Assembly: GCA_964455475.1 (NCBI GenBank)
Contig: CAYVWL010000002.1
Location: 1 to 36,439, forward strand
DNA from: an uncultured Candidatus Saccharibacteria bacterium
GTDB taxonomy: Bacteria > Patescibacteriota > Minisyncoccia > Phycocordibacterales > GWA1-40-21
Direction: 5' to 3'
Length of the DNA: 36,439 bases
This document shows, piece after piece, positions 1 to 9,000 of this stretch (the stretch's first letter is position 1; every line of letters begins with the position of its first letter). The translations under genes and the position numbers were made by a program. The notes under the pieces were generated by a model that was not told the origin of the DNA, ran no database searches, and saw nothing but the letters and a program-made list of their open reading frames with translations.

Positions 1-37
1 TTCGCTCTCGAGCGGATCGCGAACAAGTAGTGGGTCA

Positions 38-89
38 CCCCACCACGCAGAAGCCTCACCAGGCCACTGCTGGTGGGGTTTTCTGTTTT
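38..89 (+). terminator. Intrinsic terminator-like hairpin plus T-run closing a transcription unit that lies mostly upstream of the window
   Basis: CCCCACCACGCAG (38-50) pairs with CTGCTGGTGGGG (67-78): 12 bp with one bulged C. It is followed by TTTTCTGTTTT (79-89). A frame-1 stop (TAG 28-30) lies just upstream. Only 9 codons of that ORF are visible, so it is not called. Confidence 0.6.
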
Positions 90-104
90 AAATTTTTTAT
101 TTTT

Positions 105-146
105 CATGTGTAAATAAGGAAGCTTTAGCTTCCTTATTTACACATG
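105..146. repeat. Perfect 19-bp inverted repeat (hairpin or operator candidate) upstream of pheS
   Basis: CATGTGTAAATAAGGAAGC (105-123), loop TTTA, GCTTCCTTATTTACACATG (128-146). No mismatches. Confidence 0.9.
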
Positions 147-160
147 GTATATATTATGGA

Positions 161-189
161 TTGTGATGTTTAAAAAAGATTATTAATAT
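161..189 (+). promoter_or_regulatory. Candidate sigma70-type promoter of pheS
   Basis: TTGTGA (161-166), 17-nt spacer, TAATAT (184-189). The ATG at 204 would leave a leader of under 10 nt. Confidence 0.4.
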
Positions 190-203
190 GCTAATATCTA
201 GGA

Positions 204-968
204 ATGGAACCAAAGGTGGAAAAGGGGCATATACACCCCATGACACAGTTTATTACGAGGGCCAACGCCATTTTTTATGAGCTGGGTTTTACCCTGGTAG
301 ACGGGCCGGAGTTGGAAACGGAGCATTATAACTTTGATGCCCTAAATGTGCCAAAGGATCACCCCGCCCGAGATATGCAGGACACTTTTTGGCTAAAACA
401 AAAACCCGAGGAAAAAGTGAGGAAGCTGATGCGCACACAGACCAGCCCAGTGCAGATCCGCTACATGGAAGAAAATAAACCACCATACAAAATGATTTGT
501 TTTGGTAAGGTGTATAGGAATGAAGCCACAGATGCTACCCATGAAATGGTTTTTCATCAGTTGGAAGGACTGTTTATTGACAAGGCCGTGACCATGGCTG
601 ATTTGAAATCCACCCTCAATACTTTTTTTGATAAATTTTTTGAAAGGGATGTAGAAATTCGTTTTCGCCCCAGCTTTTTTCCGTTTGTGGAGCCGGGCCT
701 GGAGGTGGATATTTCTTGTTTTATTTGCGGTAGAGGAAAAAAGTCTTCCCAAGAAAATTGTTCAGTGTGCAAAGGGACGGGCTGGGTAGAGGTGGCCGGG
801 GCGGGTATGGTGCATCCAAAAGTCCTGTCTGAAGTAAATCTGGATTCACGCGAGTGGCAGGGTTTTGCCTTTGGTATGGGGGTAGACCGGATTGTCATGC
901 TCAAATATGGTATTGATGATATTCGGCTGATCTATTCTGGTGATTTGAGATTAGTAAATCAATTTTAG
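204..968 (+). CDS. pheS: Phenylalanine--tRNA ligase alpha subunit, catalytic core only (254 aa)
   Basis: Class II aaRS core motifs are readable: HPARDMQDTFW, FRPSFFPFVEPG, GWVEVAGAGMVHP, GFAFGMGVDRIVMLKYGIDDIRL. A CxxC...CxxC knuckle (CFICG...CSVCKG) resembles that of Bacillus-type PheS. The usual N-terminal coiled-coil of about 90 aa is absent. Confidence 0.93.
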   Translation: MEPKVEKGHIHPMTQFITRANAIFYELGFTLVDGPELETEHYNFDALNVPKDHPARDMQDTFWLKQKPEEKVRKLMRTQTSPVQIRYMEENKPPYKMICFGKVYRNEATDATHEMVFHQLEGLFIDKAVTMADLKSTLNTFFDKFFERDVEIRFRPSFFPFVEPGLEVDISCFICGRGKKSSQENCSVCKGTGWVEVAGAGMVHPKVLSEVNLDSREWQGFAFGMGVDRIVMLKYGIDDIRLIYSGDLRLVNQF

Positions 969-1028
969 CCGATTAACGAAAACCGCTCTGCGAATATTAT
1001 AAATATCTACAAAAATTTAAGAAGATAG

Positions 1029-1883
1029 ATGAATCACAAGACTGATACACAAAAGAATATTGCTTTGTTTGAAAGACAGGAAATTAGAAGGGCCTGGCAT
1101 AATGAACAGTGGTATTTTTCTGTTATTGATGTGATAGCTGTATTATCAGAAAGTGAAAGACCTAGAAAATATTGGGACGATTTAAAGAGAAAATTAAATG
1201 AAGAAGGAAGTGAGTTGTCCGAAAAAATCGGACAACTGAAAATGGAATCCTCTGATGGTAAAAAATATCTCACGGATGTGGCTAATTTAGAGGAAATATT
1301 CAGGATAATTCAATCCATACCATCACCAAAAGCTGAACCGTTTAAGGTTTGGCTGGCAAAAGTGGGCCAGGAGAGAATTGAGGAAATCCAGAATCCGGAA
1401 CTAGCCATGGATCGAGCCAAGAGGACTTTTGAGCGTAAGGGCTATCCAGATGGTTGGATTGCCAAAAGAATGAGAGGAATAAATGTTCGGCACACCTTGA
1501 CTGACGAGTGGAAAAACCGGGGCGTAGAAAAAGGAAGTGAGTTTGCTATTTTGACGGACGAGATATATAAAGGCACTTTTGGCCTGACCGCCCAGGATTA
1601 TAAAAAATATAAAAATTTGGAAGTGGATAATAATCTACGAGATCATATGGATGATATGGAACTTATTTTAACCATGCTCGGTGAAGCCACGACAACCAAA
1701 ATTACTCAGGATAAAAATTCAAAAGGTTTTCCTAATCTTCGTGGTGATGCGGTGATTGGTGGGGCAGTAGCCAGGAGAACTAGATTGGATATAGAACAGC
1801 AGACCGGCACAAAAGTAGTAAATAAGGGTAATTATTTAAATCAGAAAAAACCGAAGATTTTAATAAATAAAAAGAAGAAATAA
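1029..1883 (+). CDS. BRO-N domain / DinD-like (DNA-damage-inducible protein D-like) protein
   Basis: The N-terminus FERQEIRRAWHNEQWYFSVIDVIAVL fits the BRO-N pattern. The C-terminal half (LRDHMDDMELILTMLGEATTTKIT...GGAVARRTRLDIEQQTG) resembles my recollection of the E. coli DinD C-terminus (ILDHMGSTELAANLFRATQTEE...VGRKVRQTIQELGG). The stop TAA (1881-1883) directly abuts the pheT ATG. Confidence 0.65.
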   Translation: MNHKTDTQKNIALFERQEIRRAWHNEQWYFSVIDVIAVLSESERPRKYWDDLKRKLNEEGSELSEKIGQLKMESSDGKKYLTDVANLEEIFRIIQSIPSPKAEPFKVWLAKVGQERIEEIQNPELAMDRAKRTFERKGYPDGWIAKRMRGINVRHTLTDEWKNRGVEKGSEFAILTDEIYKGTFGLTAQDYKKYKNLEVDNNLRDHMDDMELILTMLGEATTTKITQDKNSKGFPNLRGDAVIGGAVARRTRLDIEQQTGTKVVNKGNYLNQKKPKILINKKKK

Positions 1884-3845
1884 ATGAAAGTTTCTTACAA
1901 ATGGTTACAGCAATATTTTGACGGGAAATTACCGGCCGTGGCGGAGGCAGTAAATGTTTTGACCATGAATTCTAGCGAAGTGGATGGTGTGGAAAAAGTG
2001 AAAGAAGACTACGTTTTGGACGTCAAGATTTTGCCAAATATGGCGCACAGCTGTCTCTGCCACCGGGGTATTGCTCGGGAATTTTCCGCCTTGCTGAATC
2101 TGCCGATGAAAAAATATTCTCGAGAATTTGTCCTGCCAGAATATCGTGAATTGGGACATATAAAAGAACTTGGAATAAGTAAGTTGAATTTGCAAATTAA
2201 GATTCAAAATTCCGGTGCCTGCCGGCGCTATATTGGCCGGGTAGTGGAAAATATAAAGATTGCCCCTTCGCCAGACTGGCTTCGTAATCGGCTTGAGGTT
2301 CTCGGCCAGCGGTCTATTAATAATCTGGTGGACGCGACAAACTTTGTGATGCTGGAGCTCGGTCAGCCTATGCATGTCTTTGATGCGGATAAAATAATGG
2401 GCAATACTATTGAGATAAAAATGGCCGGGGCGGGGGATGAGATAAAAACTTTGGATGGCAAGCATGTCGTATTAGACGACGGTGTTCTGACAATTTCCAA
2501 TAATAATAAAGCCCTGGCTATTGCTGGTATTAAAGGCGGGACCTTGGCGGAAATAGATGGAAAAACTAAAAATATTATTTTAGAATCGGCCAACTTTGAT
2601 CCGGTTTTAATCAGAAAGACGGCCCAGCGGATAAAAATCCAGACAGACGCTTCTAAGCGTTATGAAAATGAATTAACACCAGAATTGTGTGCTGAGGCGA
2701 TGGAGCTTTTAACCAAATTAATTTTAGAGATTGCCAGCACAGAAAATACCAAGTTGGGCAAAATGGTGGATATTTATCCAAATCCGGTGGGTCAAAATAT
2801 TCTTACCCTCTCCGTCAAAGAAGTAGAGAAACTGTTAGGGCTTAAGATAAAAGCTGGTGAGATAGCTGAGATATTCAAACGTTTTGATTTTATCTTTGAT
2901 AGGACAGGGGATGATTTTTCGGTGACGGTGCCGGTAGAACGTCTAGATCTGCGAATCAAGGAGGATCTGATAGAGGAGATCGGGCGAGTCTATGGTTATG
3001 AAAAGCTGGTTGATAATAAGGTAGAAAGTGGTAAGGAAAAAGGAAAAATAAATAAGACTTTTTATTATGCCAACAAAGTGCGTGAGATTTTAGTGAATCA
3101 AGGTTTTTCGGAAATATACGGTTATGCTTTTGCGGAAAAAGGCGATATTGAATTGGCCAATTCCGTGGCGCCAGAGAAAAAGTGGCTAAGGAATAATTTA
3201 TCCTCTGGAATTATGGATTATTTGGAATTCAACGCCCGTTATTCCGAACTTATAAATATGCCCCAGATAAAAATATTTGAGATCGGTAAGGTATTTAAAA
3301 TTGATGACGAGCATAACAATCTGGTCCTTGGTGTTAAAACGCCGAGTGGTAATAAAGGCTTGCCAAAGGATGAGGAAGTAATAAATAAAATGATTGAGAT
3401 TTTGGAGAAGGAATTGGATGCAAAATTAGTCAGAATAAATAAGGAGAAGGAGATAGCGGAGTTTAATTTTGACGAGCTCACCGCCAAATTGCCGGAAGCC
3501 AAGGCTTATGATACTGATTTGCCCCTGGCGGATAAAGACATGCGATTGAAAAAGATTTCCGTTTATCCTTTCTCTGTCCGTGATGTGGCGGTCTTTGTGC
3601 CAGAGGGTGTGGATCAGAAAACGGTGCAGGATATTATAGAGAAAGAGGCCGGTAATTTGCTCGTAAGGATCCGTCTTTTTGATGTCTTTACCAAAAAGTT
3701 CGGAACGGGCGGGGCCAAAACCTCTTATGCCTTTCGGCTGGTCTTGCAATCATATGAACATACTTTATCTGAAGAAGAGATCAATACTGCTATGGCCAAA
3801 ATCACGTCCAAGCTAAACGCCCAAACCGACTGGCAGGTACGCTAA
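1884..3845 (+). CDS. pheT: Phenylalanine--tRNA ligase beta subunit, short form (653 aa)
   Basis: Typical start MKVSYKWLQQYF. B3/4-like region (RRYIGRVVENIKIAPSPDWLRNRLEVLGQRSINNLVDATNFVMLELGQPMHVFD). B5-like region (VERLDLRIKEDLIEEIGRVYGYE). C-terminal FDX-ACB-like region (SVRDVAVFVPEG...LFDVF...SYAFRLVLQS). The OB-fold (tRNA_bind/EMAP-like) insert normally found after about residue 40 seems to be missing. Confidence 0.9.
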   Translation: MKVSYKWLQQYFDGKLPAVAEAVNVLTMNSSEVDGVEKVKEDYVLDVKILPNMAHSCLCHRGIAREFSALLNLPMKKYSREFVLPEYRELGHIKELGISKLNLQIKIQNSGACRRYIGRVVENIKIAPSPDWLRNRLEVLGQRSINNLVDATNFVMLELGQPMHVFDADKIMGNTIEIKMAGAGDEIKTLDGKHVVLDDGVLTISNNNKALAIAGIKGGTLAEIDGKTKNIILESANFDPVLIRKTAQRIKIQTDASKRYENELTPELCAEAMELLTKLILEIASTENTKLGKMVDIYPNPVGQNILTLSVKEVEKLLGLKIKAGEIAEIFKRFDFIFDRTGDDFSVTVPVERLDLRIKEDLIEEIGRVYGYEKLVDNKVESGKEKGKINKTFYYANKVREILVNQGFSEIYGYAFAEKGDIELANSVAPEKKWLRNNLSSGIMDYLEFNARYSELINMPQIKIFEIGKVFKIDDEHNNLVLGVKTPSGNKGLPKDEEVINKMIEILEKELDAKLVRINKEKEIAEFNFDELTAKLPEAKAYDTDLPLADKDMRLKKISVYPFSVRDVAVFVPEGVDQKTVQDIIEKEAGNLLVRIRLFDVFTKKFGTGGAKTSYAFRLVLQSYEHTLSEEEINTAMAKITSKLNAQTDWQVR

Positions 3846-3871
3846 TTTGGCTTTCTTTTTACCCTAGGATT

Positions 3872-5976
<2,105 letters not shown>

Positions 5977-5986
5977 TCCTTATTTA

Positions 5987-5995
5987 TGTTATAAT
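5987..5995 (+). promoter_or_regulatory. Extended -10 box immediately upstream of the giant ORF (leaderless-type arrangement)
   Basis: TGtTATAAT at 5987-5995, 7 nt before GTG 6003 (ATG at 6006). Confidence 0.45.
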
Positions 5996-6002
5996 TGTCG
6001 GA

Positions 6003-9000
6003 GTGATGAAAAGGTTTCGACAATATAAAAATCTATTTATTTTTCTAGGAATATTTATATTCTTCTTTTTTATTTCAACCACGGACACTTTTGCTGCGAA
6101 CCGGTATTGGGTGGGGCCAAATAATGGTGATTTCAAGACAAATGCCAATTGGTCAACCTTATCTGGCGGTACTGGTGGCGCAAGTTATCCTCAGTCAGCA
6201 GATACGGCTATCTTTGACTCGGGAAGTAATAATTGTATTATTGCTGGTACAAATTTTACTATTGGTGTTGTTTCAATAACCAGTGGTTATTCTGGAACCA
6301 TAACAAACAATGTGACAACATTGACCGTCCCGAGCTTTTCTCAAGCGGGTGGCACATTTACAAATAACGTCAATTTGTCTTTGAGCACCACTTTTTCTTT
6401 ATCGGGAGGGGTATTTAACGCTGGGCCAGGTGTTAATGTTGGTGTTGGCACCTGGACACAGTCTGGAGGAACCTATAATCATAATAATGGAACCATTTCA
6501 TTTTGGGGGGCTAATACAATAAATGTACCGACTAGTATTACATTTTATAATTTAAATCTTGGAGCCGCTTCAGGTATTACTATAACCACTACTGCCGGCG
6601 ATACGCTGATCGTGGAGGGAACCCTTACCATGTGCACATACTCTGTGGCGACGGTCTTTACCGGGGGGACAATTGAAGCTAGAGGAAATATAAATATTCT
6701 CGCTAATACTAGTGGAACTACGGCTATCAAGGTTGGCGGAGGAGTAGCTACTACCACCTGGACGGGAAATACAAAAACCGTGAGTAATTCGGTAGAAATT
6801 GCCAAGACCGCCGGTACAGTAATAGATTTTGGTAGCGCACAAGCTTTTTTTGGGGGTAATTTTACCATCACCTCGGGAACTGTTTTAGCCCCTAGCACCA
6901 GAATGCATTTTTCTGGAGCTGGTTGGACACAAAATGGTGGAGTATTTACCCCTAATACTGGTGGTTATGTAAGTATGAATGGAAATATTACCTTGAATGT
7001 GCCAACGAATATTACTTTTTATAATTTCTATTATGGTGGTAGCACACTCAATCTTAGCGGTGATACAGTGATAGTTACCAACGCCTTTGACCCAGCTTGG
7101 TGGGGAACAGCTGGTGGAAGTACTATTAACAACGGAACAATTGAGGTGCAGGGAAATATGGTCTTGAGTGGTAATACCACCAACGGAGCAACTGGCGTCT
7201 TTAAATTTACTGGCACAGCTGATCAATCTATTTCCGGCAGTTTTACCTCTTACAATCCGGTGAATATAGCCAAGACCGGTGGGACTCTGACTGTGACTGG
7301 CATGGCCATGTATAATACTTTGACCTTTACTTCCGGTACAACAACCTTTTCTACCTTGACCAATTATTCTGCAACCGTCTTTAACGGTGGAGTGGTAAGC
7401 GGAACCTTTACAGCTTATTCTGGAAATGTAACCTATAATGGTGGTACTTTGACGGGCTTGTCCTTATCACTTGGTGGTAGTAATGCTTATATTTTAGGTA
7501 CGTTTTTTACGGTGGCAAATCTGACCGTCAGTAAGTCGAACGGGGCGTTTATAAATCCCGCCAACGCTGTTTATATTACCGTCACCGGTACCACCACCCT
7601 GTCGGACGGAGTAATTAGTAGTGACGCTGGGACATATAATGGCTATATCCTTGCGCAAGGGAATGTGGTAATCGGCTCGGGCTGGGATGCTGGTAGTTGT
7701 AGTGGAAGTCTACGCTTTGGCGGTACAAATGATCAAACGGTTTCAGCTAGTGCGGGTTTCTGTTCTGCTGTTTATATAAATAAAACTGGCGGTACCCTAA
7801 ATGTCGGTACCTGGACTGTTTCTTCAAGTCCTCTATATTTTCAGGCCGGGACGACGACTGGTTCATTGACAGCTTCTGCTAACAATATTACATATACGGC
7901 TGGTAATATATCTGGATTATCACTCACATTGTCTGGCGGAACCAAGTATATTTATGGTTCGCCGTTTACCGTGGCAAACTTGACCGTGAGTAAGACGAGC
8001 GGAAACGCTATAAATCTCGCCAACGCTGTTACTATTACCGTCACCGGTACCACCAACCTGTCGGACGGAGTGATAAGTACTGATGACGGAACTTTCAATG
8101 GTTATATTATCGCTCAAGGTAATGTAACCGTTGGAGCTAATTGGGACGCTGGTAGTTGCTATGGTAGTTTGCGTTTTACTGGCTCGGCTGATCAAACAGT
8201 CACCTCTAGCGCAGTTTTCTGTTCACCTATCTATGTGAATAAAAGTAGTGGCACTTTAAATATTGGTAACTGGACTAGCTCTGGAGCCATGTATTTCCAG
8301 GCGGGGACAGTCACTGGAAATATTACATCAGCTGGTGGAAATACTATTACATATAATGCTGGCGATATCAGTGCAGTAAATCTTACGGTCACTGGTATAG
8401 CTAGTGTGTTTGATGTCTCACCAAATGGTTCAGCCACGATTAATAGTTTGAATATGAACAAGGCCGGATCCACAGGATTTTATATTGGGTCAAGTGACAC
8501 CCTGATAGTGACCAGTACTACCACTCTTACTGACGGTTATTTCAATAGTAGTGCTTCATATACTGGTATTTTACAGGCACAAGGTGATGTGACTATTGCG
8601 TCCACTTTTGATAGCACTACTGCCTATGGAGGTTTACGATTTGCTGGCACTGCTAATCAAAATTTTTCATCTGCTATCTCCTGGACGGGCAATGTGTCGG
8701 TGACCAAGACAGCGGGGACAATCACTAATACCACTAATATTGTTCTGACCTCTTCTGCTATCACAGTACCAAGTGGGGCCACCTGGGATTTAAATGGTTT
8801 CAATTTTTCGCCAAGCGGTGGCTATACCATGGCTAGTGGTTCAACCCTGCGTTTAAAGGGAAGTGAAGTGACAGTGACTTCTCCAACATTAAGTTCTGGT
8901 AGTACGGTGGAGTATTATGGGACAGCTGTTTCGCAAACAATTAAGGCTTTCAACTACGCAAATAGTAGCTTGATTATCAATACCGGTGCCACGTCGGTGA

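Noticed and set aside
1-30. Possible 3' end of an upstream gene (frame 1, ...FALERIANK-stop), perhaps rplT given the usual infC-rpmI-rplT-pheS neighbourhood
   Set aside because: Only 9 codons are visible, which is far too little to support any product call.
105-203. T-box riboswitch or leader-peptide attenuator upstream of pheS
   Set aside because: The leader is too short. No specifier loop, T-box consensus or Phe-rich mini-ORF is visible, only a single perfect palindrome.
289-904. Minus-strand ORFs (289-486, 393-752, 557-904) inside pheS, and similar nested or antisense ORFs inside pheT, gyrB, gyrA, clpB, infB and the giant ORF
   Set aside because: They overlap confidently identified conserved genes on the opposite strand or in another frame. 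They have no start-site signals and have low-complexity or odd composition. They are treated as shadow ORFs.
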